DNA of 64,000 bases. Origin: Macrostomum lignano (lineage: Eukaryota). Each line of letters opens with the position of its first letter. Within the stretch, counting starts at the first letter, position 1. The stretch covers positions 117,790 to 181,789 of the forward strand of contig NIVC01002351.1 of the NCBI GenBank assembly GCA_002269645.1. The letters run 5' to 3'. A model generated the notes under the pieces. The model searched no databases, was not told the origin of the DNA, and saw only the letters and a list, made by a program, of their open reading frames with translations. Of the stretch, positions 37,492-61,549 are shown piece by piece. A program made the translations under genes and the position numbers.

Positions 37492-40400
37492 GTCTGTGAA
37501 TGTTCATAAATTGTAGCAACTTATTATTATTTTACTAGCCTATAGTAGAGAAATTTAACAAGATCAAAAATGTTTTGAAAAAATCAGGAAAACTATGCAT
37601 TTATGATGTGTTGAGTGCATGCTTAGGGATTAGTGGAATATGTATCTAGCTACTACTTTTTTGACCAGCTATGGCTAATATGTCTATATTGTAACATTGA
37701 TTTATTATTAACTTAAAGACCCTAACTAACCTAAATTTGAGCTAACAACAGAAAAGGATTTCAATTAGTTGCAAAGCTATAAATATGATCAATTTGTTAC
37801 TAAAATGAACATATATTCATTGGTATTATATATAGGGTTAATATTTATACTTAAAAACTTCAAAGATAGCCAAGTCCCAACTGTATATATGCTAAGTAAT
37901 AGCCTACTGAAAGAATATAATATCCTATTCATAGGCAAGTTCTAGCTAGTGCTATCATAAACCAACTATAACAATATATATGCAAGCCTAATTCTAGTCT
38001 TAATATATACAAGAGGTTTAATCTTATGCATAAGACTAAAACTATTATGGCTAGATAATAAAATAAATATTTTAATAAATAAATAAATAAATAAATAAAT
38101 TTATTTATCTTTTGGCACGAATTTGAATTTAAAAAACAATACTAGATATAGGCCTATGGCATACTAAACCAAAGTTTTTTATCAATTGATTTTATAAATA
38201 TAAGTTTATATAAAAATGCTAATTAAAAACAACCTAGACCTAGACCCTAATGATAATATATGTAGAATATAAAGTAATAATTTATAATAGAATTAATAAT
38301 AGAAACAATTTAAGGCAATTTATTTATACATTAAAGTCAATTAGGCTAAGCTAAAACATAAAAATTTATTTTAGTCTGAGTAATATTCCTAAGCAAATAT
38401 AAACAAAAAATATAAGGTCTTTATAATAAACTATATAAAGTTAATAGACACTTCAAAAAGCATTTAGCATTAGATAGGGCCTAGGGGCCTATACAGTATA
38501 AATAAAAAGTTTATTATCAACTTCCAATTAGCTAAGCCCAAAAGGTATAGAAGTGAAGAACGCTGTTTTAAAAATTTGATTCAAGTTGCATTTAGATTTA
38601 GGCTTATTAAGCCATTAGTATTGAAATTGCCAAATGTTAGGCTTAGACATAGCTAGGCTTAAGTAAGGATTTGAAATCTAGTCTATGAATCTATCAATTG
38701 TTTTTTAATAAAAATAATGTAAATTTACTTAATTTTCATTGGCTAGCCTACACTACACATAATTTCTTTCTTTTCCTATTATTTATGGGCGTCAGTTTTA
38801 ATGACACTGTAATTTTATTAGAATGGTCTTTATGCAGTATGGAGCCAGTACTACTATTGCCATAATTATTGCTACAAGGAATAGTCCTGGCTAGTGACAT
38901 TAGAAGAAATAAGTACTCGTAAAATAAAACACTTTACTTAGGTTAACTAATTTGAAGTTAGAGTGAAGTTATAGAAGTTATAGAATCATTGTGGCCATAG
39001 GCCTATTATCCTAGGGGCTAGGCCTAAAACGCTTTAATAAATTACTTGCCCTAAGGGTGCCCTAATGCTTAGGCCCTATCTTGAAAGCATTACCTAGTAC
39101 TAGTAGGTCACTAGGGCTATCACATGTGATGTGTGTATGTAATAGTTTTAAAAATCAATGCAAGGACCCATGTTAAAAATGCCGTTTGTACACACTGTAT
39201 CAACTTAAACTAAATATTATAAACTATACTATATCATTAGTTTGATTTAAATAACGATTAATATTGCTGTATTTAGCAAAACATTATTTATTAAATATTA
39301 ATTTTTGAACCATAGTCCTCTAAAGTTTAATGTTTCGTGTATCGTGCTAACTAGCTTCCCAGTCCAGGACTACTCAAGCAGAGGACAGGACACTTGGAAA
39401 ATATTAGGAGGCAGGTTTTACCGAAAAAATATATTACGGAGTTGCGATTAATCGAATTATTATTAGTTGCCAAGTTCAGGGCCAAGAATTCAACAGGGCA
39501 TTACCGCGTACCTGCATTCTAATCTTGCCAGCTCTGCCTATTTTCTCATCTGCCATTGAATCGTGGCATGAAGTGTGAGTAGAGATTGCGCCTGTCACAG
39601 GGGATGGAATAGAAGCTGAGGATCAGAGTGCAAAATTACCGAGTATGATCGCCGAGTACATCCAAATAAAATGATCATAACAGTGTAACGTATTTCGAAG
39701 TACATAAGTGTACTATTCGAGCCCCATCACATGTACATGAAGTAGGAAAAGACATTAGAAAGACGTTATCTATTATCTACCTTTGTGATCCTGGGGCTTG
39801 AGGGAATTGTAGCCTAGAATCGCCAACCAACTATAAATGGGGATCATTTTATATCCAATTAAAGTCCTCGTTCACAACACTGTCTATAACTGTCCCTTAT
39901 GTGTGGCGTTTATTCGCGACCTGGCCTTGAGGCGCGCCTTGTGATGCTGAACGCGTATTCTGTTGTTGTTGCTGTACTTGAAGATGAGCAGTTAACTGCT
40001 TCCAATAAGAAATACTGCCATACTGTGACAAATAACTATATATAGTTTCTTATCGATCTGTATAGTGTATTTTTAGGAAATTTAACCAAATATTTTCTTA
40101 GAAACGAAGTTTTATTTCCCGTCTTTCTGCACTTATATTTTGTCCTTGTGTAAGTACACTGTAATGTGCATCAAATATGTGCACCAGTTGAGCTGCTGCT
40201 GACGTTACATGTACGTCCTACTCGTGAAAAGCTATATATGATCGTAGCTCTGAAAAATCCAATTGTGACTTGACTTGGATCATTTGTTGTGGTATATAAT
40301 TGTAGAATGCACTGTACATGTATATATAGAAGTAGTTCTTCTTACGCGGGATGCTTAGGCATGATGTAGGACGCATGCTGGCCGTAAGTGGGTCGTAAGC

Positions 40401-41419
40401 CGGAGGTACATGTAGCGGGGGCGTAATCTGGGAAGAAAATGTTATAGCGTGTTCACGCCCAAAAGCATTCCACTTTATGTTCTTAGAACGCGTCATGTAA
40501 GTCCACTCGCTGTACTGCTTCTAGCTCGTAGCCTGCCCTCCGCTCGTTTTCAAACATAATAGAACGTTGCCTTGCTACTATGACTATAGTAGCCGTCTAT
40601 ACAAATATATTGAGTTTCCTGTTGGCACAATCGGTGCATTCTAAGGTCACAACAGAAACAAAATGACATATGAAAAAACGGCCCAGTTGCTAAGACGTCT
40701 CAAAATTATCCATTTTCTAAAAGGAAATTCTGTTTCTGATTTTTAGTAGTTGCTCAATGATTCAGAATATTTAGAAAAAAACGCCCTGTCTGTATAAATG
40801 TACATGTGCATATTTGTCCATAGTGCGCTGAATTTTGGGCAGAGAATCGATTGTATTTTACGGAGTCTGCCTCGAGACAGACGGATGTCTGGAGTTTGAG
40901 CACAGTGCACATGAGCTCGTAGCTTGCACTCTGGTTTATTATGGTGTGTTAAATTATATTAAAAAAGTTTTTATTGGATTTTTTATTAAAATTCAATATT
41001 TTGTCCTTACATTTCGAATTATAAGTGAACGCGAGACGAGATTCCCGACTCACCCTCTGCATCAGAAATAACGGATAGCTAAATATCCGCGAGAGGGCTT
41101 TTGCTTAAATGTCCGGAATTAGATTTATTATTCAATAATTTGAATTACTGTGCGAATCTTACAGAATTTGAGCAGCGAGGTGAGACAACCAATTGCATGC
41201 TTTGTGGCCAGCGATTTTTTTGCGTATATATCCGCTGTAGCCATGGCTGCAGAATGCCAAAATGGAAGGCAAAAATAGCTGGAATATTTCTTATACGTTG
41301 GTTTAATTTAATTTTTCTTACGCTTCTTACAAAACGCTTCTTAAAGTCCATGCAAATGCTTACGGTACGATAGCAGGTTTCAACAAAAGTACCATTTGTA
41401 CCATTTTAATAAAAATATG

Positions 41420-41950
41420 TCTCTTGGGGGGCGCCCCTGTCTCTTGGTGAGCGCCCCCGTCTCTTGGTGGTCTCCCCTGTCTCGTGGTGGGCGCCCTTGT
41501 CTCTTGGGGGCGCCCCTGTCTCTTGGTGGCCGCCCCTGTCTCGTGGTGGTCTCCCCTGTCTCTTGGGGGGCGCCCCTGTCTCTTGATTGGCGCCCCTGTC
41601 TCTTGGTGGCCGCCCCTGTCTCGTGGTGGTCTCCCCTGTCTCTTGGGGGCGCCCCTGTTTCTTGGGGGGCGCCCCTGTCTCTTGGTGGTCTCCCCTGTCT
41701 CGCGGTGGTCTCCCCTGTCTCTTGGGGGCGCCCCTGTCTCTTGGGGGGCGCCCCTGTCTCTTGGTGGTCTCCCCTGTCTCGCGGTGGTCTCCCCTGTCTC
41801 TTGGGGGTGCCCCTGTCTCTTGGTAGTCGCCCCTGTCTCTTGGTGGTCGCCCCTGTCACTTGGTGGTCGCCCCTGTCACTTGGTGGTCGCCCCTGTCTCG
41901 TGGTGGGCGCCCCTGTCTCTTGGTAGTCGCCCCTGTCTCTTGGTGGTCGC
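41420..41950. repeat. ~19-21 bp minisatellite (GCGCCCCTGTCTCTTGGTG)n
   Basis: Tandem units; it explains the repetitive ORFs 41380-42011. Confidence 0.93.
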
Positions 41951-42437
41951 CCAGCTGTCTCTTTGTATCCTAGGCTGCTGGATCCCACGTCTAAGAGGAG
42001 ACAAAAGTTAGGTTTGGATTAAGTTTTAAGACAGGTCCAGGTTAGGGCTCAGTTTTAGGTTAGGCCATTATGATGTAGGATAAACTAATTTTAGGGTTAG
42101 GTTCGACAGCCAACCGTTGTATAGACGCAGTTTTATCCTAAATAACTTTGGTTAAAACCGATCCCGAAGCAATCGACTAAATCAAGACAAGTGTTTAACG
42201 CGTGTGGTATGCTGTGCAAAGGGCGTCCAATGTTTTAACTTTGCACTCATATCTTTTTATTTATTCTGAGATTGACTACTAAATTAGACTCAATTATACT
42301 CTAAATCTGATGATAAATAGTTGATTGTTGGCATTCAGATTTTTTAGCATCTATTTATCCGACAAATAGTTCGTATTGTCGTTTGCCACAGTTCCAAGCT
42401 CTTTAAATAATTAGTCGCTCTTAGCAATAATAACATT

Positions 42438-42984
42438 TCATTCGTTTTCAAACACCACGGCCTCGGCGCAGTAGCCGCTGAGGTAGCGGACGGTGCAGGT
42501 CCGGCAGCAGCACCTCTGCACCAGGTTGTCTGTGTTAAGTCTGCACCTCAGCTTCAACAAAGAGACGTTCTTCTTCATTCTCTCGCTGCCTGAAACAACA
42601 GATCAATTAGTGAAACGCTTACTGTGTCTCTGTATTCTGACTTTTAATAAAAACTGGTTTCAATGCAACACGACTCTCACTGAGTATCTCTCGAGTCCTC
42701 TTGGCGGTGCGGAACCTGCCGTAGCTGTTGTACATCCTGCCGTCGCAGACTTTAGCCACGGCGTCGATTAGTTCGCGGCCGCAGAAGTTGACAACCGTGT
42801 TCTGCGGGTAATTGACAGATTAATGTGATGATAGCATTATTGACGGTAGCGTTTGGCACGATAAAAGTACTCTATACGAGCTCACCGGATTTTTCTCGTC
42901 GAAATTCAAATAGTTATAGGAAGCGAGAAGACCACTGAAGCAGCTGAGCAGGATAACTGCGAACAGTACATTTGCAAATTGCAT
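42438..42984 (-). CDS. ilp: Insulin-like peptide precursor, 3 exons, 123 aa
   Basis: Exons 42984-42886, 42801-42681 and 42589-42438 with GT-AG introns (phase 0, 1). Signal peptide MQFANVLFAVILLSCFSGLLAS; B chain FCGRELIDAVAKVC (C-x11-C); KR and KK sites; A chain LVQRCCCRTCTVRYLSGYC (CC-x3-C-x8-C). Confidence 0.88.
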
Positions 42985-43239
42985 GGCGACTAGTTGGGAG
43001 AATAGGATTTTTAAAATAAAATTGGCAAGGAGTGGCGCTTGCTTGTCTGCAGTTATTATCGAGCAGCCTTCAACGGACGCAGGATTTTGAGGCAACGAGA
43101 TTTCGGCTTACATTTTATTGATTTTATAGACTTTGTGAAGCCAAGGTGATTGGAGGGCTCATGGAAAACCAATCGAATAGAACAAATACTACTGTTTGCC
43201 ATCGACATTCCTATAGTAGTCAATGAAAAATTAACCATT

Positions 43240-44000
43240 TATTCTGCTTCAATCAAGTCATTCATTCTGCTGCAATCAAGTCATTCATTCTGCTGCAATC
43301 AAGTCATTCACTCTGTTGCAATCAAGTCATTCACTCTGTTGCAATCAAGTCATTCACTCTGCTGCAATCAAGTCATTCAATCTGCTGAAATCAAGTCATT
43401 CATTCTGCTGCAATCAAATCATTCATTCTGCTGCAATCAAATCATTCACTCTGTTGCAATCAAGTCATTCATTCTGCTGCAATCAAATCATTCACTCTGT
43501 TGCAATCAAGTCATTCATTCTGCTGCAATCAAGTCATTCACTCTACTGCAATCAAGTCATTCACTTTGCTGCAATCAAGTCATTCATTCTGCTGCAATCA
43601 AGTCATTCACTCTACTGCAATCAAGTCATTCACTTTGCTGCAATCAAGTCATTCATTCTGCTGCAATCAAGTCATTCACTCTACTGCAATCAAGTCATTC
43701 ACTTTGCTGCAATCAAGTCATTCATTCTGTTGCAATCAAATCATTCACTCTGCTGCAATCAAATCATTCACTCTGCTGCAATCAAATCATTCACTCTGCT
43801 GCAATCAAATCATTCACTCTGCTGCAATCAAATCATTCACTCTGCTGCAATCAAATCATTCACAAAGCAACAATCAACCGTTCACAAAACAGCAATCTAC
43901 CACTCACAAAGCAACCATCCAACATTCACAAAGCAACCATCCAACATTCACAAAGCAACAATCTACCACTCGCAAAGCAACCATCACACATTCACAAAGT
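43240..44000. repeat. 23-bp minisatellite (CAATCAAGTCATTCACTCTGCTG)n grading into ~20-bp ATTCACAAAGCAAC units
   Basis: Tandem units; it explains ORFs 43150-44040, 43316-44002 and 43500-44006. Confidence 0.93.
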
Positions 44001-44129
44001 AATTAACAATCAAAGCAGGGTGAATGTCAGTTTTAGATGATTTTTAAGCGCTCGTCATGTGATTGATATGCGAGTAATATGAAATTATCGATGGTTTTAG
44101 TGTGAAAGGATGACTGTTACGGAGCAAGT

Positions 44130-44600
44130 CGTGAATGGCAGATCCCTAAGTTGTGAATGGCAGATCCCTAAGTTGTGAATGGCAGATCCCTAGGTTGTGA
44201 ATGGCAGATCCCTAAGTTGTGAATGGCAGATCCCTAAGTTGTGAATGGCAGATCCTTAAGTTGTGAATGGCAGATCCCTAGGTTGTGAATGGCAGATCCC
44301 TAAGTTGTGAATGGCAGATCCCTAAGTTGTGAATGGCAGATCCTTAAGTTGTGAATGGCAGATCCCTAAGTTGTGAATGGCAGATCCCTAGGTTGTGAAT
44401 GGCAGATCCCTAAGTTGTAAATGGCAGATCCCTAAGTTGTGAATGGCAGATCCCTAGGTTGTGAATGGCAGATCCCTAAGTTGTGAATGGCAGACAGCTA
44501 AGTTGTTAATGGCTGATCCTTTAAGTTGTGAATGGAAGATCATAAAGTGGTGAATGGCATATTGCTAAGTTGTGAATGGCAGATAGATAGTGAACAGTGA
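44130..44600. repeat. 22-bp minisatellite (GTTGTGAATGGCAGATCCCTAA)n
   Basis: About 20 tandem units, degenerating rightwards. Confidence 0.93.
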
Positions 44601-44975
44601 ATTTGAATAGCTGATCGTGAATGGAAGAACCAAATACTATTATTAGCGTGCTTTTTCTGATATTTGTTTTGCTTTGGTTACAGAGACAAATTTGGCAGTG
44701 CGCTCAAGCTGGATCAGCGATCCAAAGATTTCCTCGGCATGTAACTTCTTTGCAGACACGCAGCGGGCGTTGTGTTGCAGAAACTGACGTCTGATTGCTT
44801 TGAGCAATTTTAGACAAACTTCGTGCCAGAGAAATCTCGAAAAATAGCTGAGCTTTTCTGCCGACAGGTGTCCCCTGTCAGGCCTTTAAAATTGCACAGC
44901 TGACTGAGCAGCGTCTCAACTCAGGAAATAAATTTCAATTGACGTGCAGCGAAAACCCTCCACCCACGATTTTTG

Positions 44976-45217
<242 letters not shown>

Positions 45218-45978
45218 CATCTTGTGCACTGTATAACTTGCCTAGCAGTTTTTACAGGGTGATGGTTTGCTGTAGTCTGGGCTTGTAGTAGTTGAGCTCG
45301 CGAAATGTGTGCATTCATATACTTAGGATATTGTTAGCAAAGTCCAACTAGGTCAAACAAGCAAAGTCCATTCAGCCGCCTCCTACAAGAAAATACTTGC
45401 CTAGAGTACTAAAAGATAATTCAAAATGCAAAGTCATCTAAGCGCGGTACGCAGTGCTTGTGCTTATTTCTGGTTCAATTTCGTTTCATCGTCTTGTTTA
45501 TTTGCTGGAAGCAAGAAGGAGCCGCATCAAAGGCAAAAAAGTACAATTTTCAGCCCTCTATTTAAAAGAAAATTAGGCCTAATTAGTTAATTATCCTTTG
45601 TTGCATTAGCTAATATGAGCAACATGCTACTTTAATATTGTCTAGCGCAAAAGTGAGAATAGCTGCATACATATTATAGGTGCCTTATTACTGTTAAAAA
45701 ACTAGCTATACGAAATGTCCAACCTTGCAAGTGAAATATAAATTAACTATTAGTGCAAACTGGGAATCAATTCAGAGGCCACATGCTATGGCGACGCATG
45801 CCGCACTCACAAAGGTGTCAAATTAGCCATATAAACTTGTGCAGCGCAATGCCAGCGGATGAGTTAACAGAAATGGTCTATCTTAATTTAAGTTTTCATT
45901 TTATAAAAAAAGAGACGCGTACGTTCAAAAAAACATGATGCAAAACTCGGGACACAGTACTAATTGTCCAGTCTGTCA

Positions 45979-55938
<9,960 letters not shown>

Positions 55939-56694
55939 CTTCCAAGGTGTTGTTTTAAACAAATGGAAACTGTTGTGACTAAAATTTGTCAAGAATTATA
56001 AACATTTTCTGCATTGATGTCTAACTTCGAACTTGGCTCGAAAGTATTTAGGACCAAGTTCATCAAAATAATTTGACTACTATAAATATGACGCGATCTG
56101 TTGTGAACAAAGAAATGCAGTCTAGGTATTATGGTTAGGTAAGCTAAGGGACTCCAGGATCTTTAGGAAAAAAGCTACATGTATGTAAACGCGGACTATA
56201 TATAAGAGCTATTAGAAAATGTGATAAAATAGTCAAATAAAACACTTCTCACCTCTGCAGCCATATTTAATATAGAGACAGAGAAAAATTATAGCTAGAA
56301 AAAACACACAGCCGCTGGCCCAGCCACTCTGTCAAATTTATCTTTCAAAATGGCGCCATAAATGTGTCCTCGCGTACATAACGAAGATCGTTATAAGCAC
56401 TGAATAAAGCCGGAATTTCTATCGCTCAAAAAGTTTTCTATCCAGACTTAATTTTCATTTATTCGTCTCGCATTTACACCCAAACTTGCATTTATGATTT
56501 TAAAGCTCTATTTACAGCTCCATTTATATTTACAGCTTTAAAAGATAATAAAATATATACACAAATAATAAAATGTGGAAATTTGAAATTTGAGCATGAA
56601 CAAGACATTGTGTCAGATATGCGACTCGTATGTTATTGCTTAGTCAGAAAAAAATTGAACTGAACTATTCTGATACAAAAATAAATAAGGCACG

Positions 56695-57545
<851 letters not shown>

Positions 57546-58429
57546 TTGACTGATAGATACTTTAGTTTCAAACTGTTTTTACTGAAGTAAGAAATCCCTC
57601 CCACACTACTGAAACAGAAGCCCAGTAGCTTATCAGAACATGATGAAAATGTCTGGCATGTAAATGGCACGAAAGGCACGGAATTGAACTCGCTGACTTT
57701 GGCACAAATGCCGGCCGTGTTCTCAGTAGCTCTTATAATTTTTTTATGCTGACCGAAAAAGAAGAATAAAAACTTACCTATAGCTGAGATCAAAAGCGCT
57801 CATTTATAGACAGGCCGGTAAAAAAGGTTTGAAAAACCAATGAAAGAGAAAATTCAAGCCTCTCAATGGAAATTCACGCAGAAATTGATCTTGTAGGAAA
57901 GTATATTTCTCCATGGAGTCGAATAGATGTTAAAAATATTTTTATACATCCAAATAGACTACATCATGAAGGCTTACATCCAAGACGTGGGTTGAAGTCC
58001 AGTGACACGTTTGTTTACCTGTTCAAAAATTCGCCAATAAGCTGTAAGAATACTCCCAAACTGATTAAGTGTTAGTCTGGAATGGGATTTGCTACTTTGA
58101 AGCAACTGTTATTAGAGAAGGACATTGCGTCGGGGGTGCTTGAGGCTCCTCTCTTACCCTATTTTAGTTTAGTACAGACCTTCGATTTTAGCCATCTGCG
58201 AAAAGCAACGATGATTTTAGGGAATTCAGCAAAGCCGAATGTTTGAAGAGCGTGCTAAAACTGCTGCTCGAAGCTTAGTGGAGATGAGCAAACAGTTGAG
58301 TATAGATATGATGCAAAGTGTGTAGAAATGTTAGTCTCTTAGAGAGGAGACTCGCAAATACAGTCATTCACTTTATAAAGCTCATCTTCACACTTTTTAG
58401 TATGCAATAGATATTGGGTAAAATAATTT

Positions 58430-58770
58430 TCAATAGCCCTCTTTGTTGACGCAGAATTGCCGCTGTAGGGGGCGCCCATTCCGATAACCCCTGGTGACCT
58501 CGGTCAAGCTGGTGCTGCGGTGTCGCTCAGGGAGATCCGGTGGTGCCGGTGGTCCGCCTCCGGAGAGTTCAGGAGGACAATGGAGGTGGATGGCCGCTCG
58601 CCCGGTAGCCATCAGGTAGCGGACGAGCTGGCAGAGATTCTCGGGCCTGAAAACGCTGGAGAGGTCCGAGTTTGGGCCGAGGTAGGTGAGCTTGTCCTGA
58701 GTAAAGGCACAGTCACACAGATGAAGTGCTGTTGCTGTCCGAACCCATGTGATCTTGAAAGTTTCTGACA
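58430..58770 (-). mobile_element. Degraded non-LTR retrotransposon 3'-end fragment
   Basis: H(F/L)ICDC-like motif (frameshifted) followed by LG...ENLCQLVRYLMATGRA; homologous to 18455-18575. Confidence 0.5.
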
Positions 58771-61078
58771 AACACGCACTTTATTTTAGTCACTGTGCTG
58801 ACGTCAGTCAAAGAGATAAAATAACAAATTTTTTCCAAAGGCCGTTTTAATAATGAATGACTTTGACTTTGACTTTGGCTTTCGAATGTAATTGCCAAAG
58901 CCCCTGGCATAGAATTACCACAACACCAGGCCAGTGGTGCTGCGACAGGAAATTGCTTAGGGCGTGTTTTGTATTTTACATTTGGGCAGCAATATAAACA
59001 CCGGTAATTAGTTAAAGAAGGATGAGAATGTAAACAGGAGGAGCTGACGATTTATCAGATTTTAATTTGTAGAGAATGCCTCTGTTTTCCAGTATCTAAC
59101 GGAGAGTTTTGAGCAACAAATTATCGTCGTCTTATGGCCACGCCCTAGCAACTATACGAAAAATGTGTGCGTGCTAACGGTATAATACATCTACCTGCCT
59201 GGTGGCTCACCGAGCTGATAGGAAGAAAGGCACACTCTGTCAGGGAGAGGCGAAGAATACGAGAATATGAGTGAATTCCTTCAAGGCCTATACGATGAGG
59301 TTGCACTGCAAACCCTTGAGCCAACGCGGGAATAATGCTTGTACTGCAAACAGAATGAGCTGTGTCTTCGATTCAACCGGCCCCGGCTAGTCCCAGCCAG
59401 TCCACTAGCAACTCAGTGGCTCAAATGTTTCTTTGCATTAATAAATTCATCGGGGAGAAATATTGATTAAGGAGGTAAAAAAGTAAAGACCTCCAGCTCA
59501 CTGGCAAAGGCAAGGAAAATTTCTGACTCGGCTTCAACAAGCTGCTGAGATGTTTTGGATGTGCCTGCGGTTTCCAATAGAAACCAAAATAAGCCATGCA
59601 TATTTTCTTTGTATTTTTAATTCACCTGACTAACAGAACAGAATAGTTTTGCAGATTGTGCTCAAGACGACTCAAGTAGAAGGACGGGGAACTGCGTTTC
59701 TTGGTTTTACCAAAAATATACATTCCGAGGGAATGGAGGCTCTCAATTTTTTCGCACAAAATTTGTTTAAAATTGCTTTTGCAGTAGAAGGCAGACCCAA
59801 GGAATGAATTAAGGTGCGCTATTTTTTATAATTTTAGGCACAGGACATGCAGGTACATGTAGGATATAAAATTGACACAGATTCATAATTTTTTAAACAG
59901 AATGATTTTGCTTTGTATGCAAGGATCGCAAAGGAAAAAAGGGTTTTTTGTTTCACCATTAACGCAGTACCCGAGGCAATACCTGATTAAAAATTGTTGC
60001 AGCCTACCGAAGGTGCTTGGATCGTACAGTTTATAAACTTAGTTTCTATCCTACTGTATCTGGGACTCTGACTTTCTACTTGGTCAGGTAAAATGAATAA
60101 GCTGTGAATTCTTCAGGCTTCGGCCTTGCTCCTTTCGCTTCTTCCACCCCTGCCAGCAAAGGAGGATCGCGATGCTCGTGACGCATTAAAAGAAAACTGC
60201 AACAGATGCCGTCTTATTTCATTTATTCAGTCGGTAGCTCGCAACTCATGCTCGAAGCCAACGCTAGGTCTCTTTCACCCTGGCTGTCGGGTTTATCAAT
60301 ACACATGCATACTGCTCCATCATAGACTCAGCTTTCTTCCCAAAACTTGGCAAAAATTTGCTTCTATAATTGAAAGGCTTCCGTCATTGTCGGTCTGAAA
60401 GCTTTCCGCATTTTAGCAACCTGTCAAGTTCTGACACTGTTGTTTTCAATCCGGCTCTTTCTTAGTCCAGTGAAACAATATTTCAATGCCTATCGGAATT
60501 CCAGTTACCTCCAAAGAAGAAGTATGAAACCGCATTATCAATTCCCGATGGCACTTGATATAATTTGATTGACGTCCCGTGTCTGCAAATACCCAATATC
60601 TGTGATGAGCATCATTTGCATATATCTAGATATGTGTGCATTAACAACGTCATCTATTTAATAATACTTGCATTGCAAGTATTGCTAGTATTGGTGTACT
60701 TTGAAGACGTCTGTAGTACCAGAGTCGGGTATTTTTCAGTAGTCTCAAAGCAGTGTTCAAGCCAAGCTCAAATGAAAAAAGCAACAATGATTCGCATAAC
60801 GAAAGGTATTGAGTATTCTTTTATCAGACACAATCGTTTATTGCCAGAAAAAGGGAATCTATCAATAGTTTTTTTCACGATCGTTAAATTACCAAGCTTG
60901 GTGATACAGTGGCTCAAGGGGGGATTGGAGCGGTTGCGAGCGAGTGTCTGTGTGTGTGTTAATTCAGTCAGTTTTGTCTGCTTGCAGCGCTTTTAAATTT
61001 TCGAATTAGCATTCTGTCGAGTACAGTTAATCCATTTTGGCTCGGGTTGCTCAGGATTAGAGACACGCCAGAAGATTC

Positions 61079-61549
61079 TTAGCCCAGTCGAGACTGGGCG
61101 CTCCAGACGCGCTTGTCGAGGTTCGCCTCTTCGATGGTGTCGATGGTGTCATCCCAGTCCTTCTTTCCCAGTCGGGAACCGGCATGCCAGGCCTTCTTAC
61201 CCAATCGGGAACCGGCATGCCAGGCCTTCTTTCCCAGTCGGGAACCGGCAAGCCAGGCCTTCTTTCCCAGTCGGGAACCGGCATGCCAGGCCCTCTTCTT
61301 TCCCAGTCGGGAACCGGCATGCCAGGCCTTCTTTCCCAGTCGGGAACCGGCATGCCAGGCCTTCTTCAGCACAGCATCGTAATAATCAGAGTCAGCTCTA
61401 TCCATGTGCATCCTGTACATTGCCTCCAGTTCGTCCAGACTGTCTCCGTCATGATGTTCGTCGTCTACGGCATGGTGAGACGAAGCTGAGCAGGACACTA
61501 CGGCAATGGAGATCAGCAGTAGAGTCGCAATTAACGGGTGCTTCAGCAT
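61079..61549 (-). CDS. Neuropeptide precursor (AWHAGSRLamide family), single coding exon, 156 aa
   Basis: Signal peptide MLKHPLIATLLLISIAVVSCSA; acidic/His-rich propeptide; 5x AWHAGSRL-G, 1x AWLAGSRL-G and a terminal VWSAQSRL-G, flanked by KK/KKR/KR. Confidence 0.93.
   Translation of the reverse strand: MLKHPLIATLLLISIAVVSCSASSHHAVDDEHHDGDSLDELEAMYRMHMDRADSDYYDAVLKKAWHAGSRLGKKAWHAGSRLGKKRAWHAGSRLGKKAWLAGSRLGKKAWHAGSRLGKKAWHAGSRLGKKDWDDTIDTIEEANLDKRVWSAQSRLG

Noticed and set aside
42005-42110. Telomere-like TTAGGG/TTAGGT words
   Set aside because: Scattered and degenerate, not a tandem tract.
43050-44745. Possible + strand two-exon gene (…FVKP|RDKFGSALKLDQRSKDFLGM*) spanning the minisatellites
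   Set aside because: Splice phases fit, but there is no start codon, no recognisable homology, and it would run into the ILP promoter; insufficient support.
59285-59335. SECIS- or hammerhead-like motif (ATGA-N11-AAA)
   Set aside because: Helix II does not pair up to a GA quartet, the CUGAnGA/GAAA core is absent, and no selenoprotein lies upstream.
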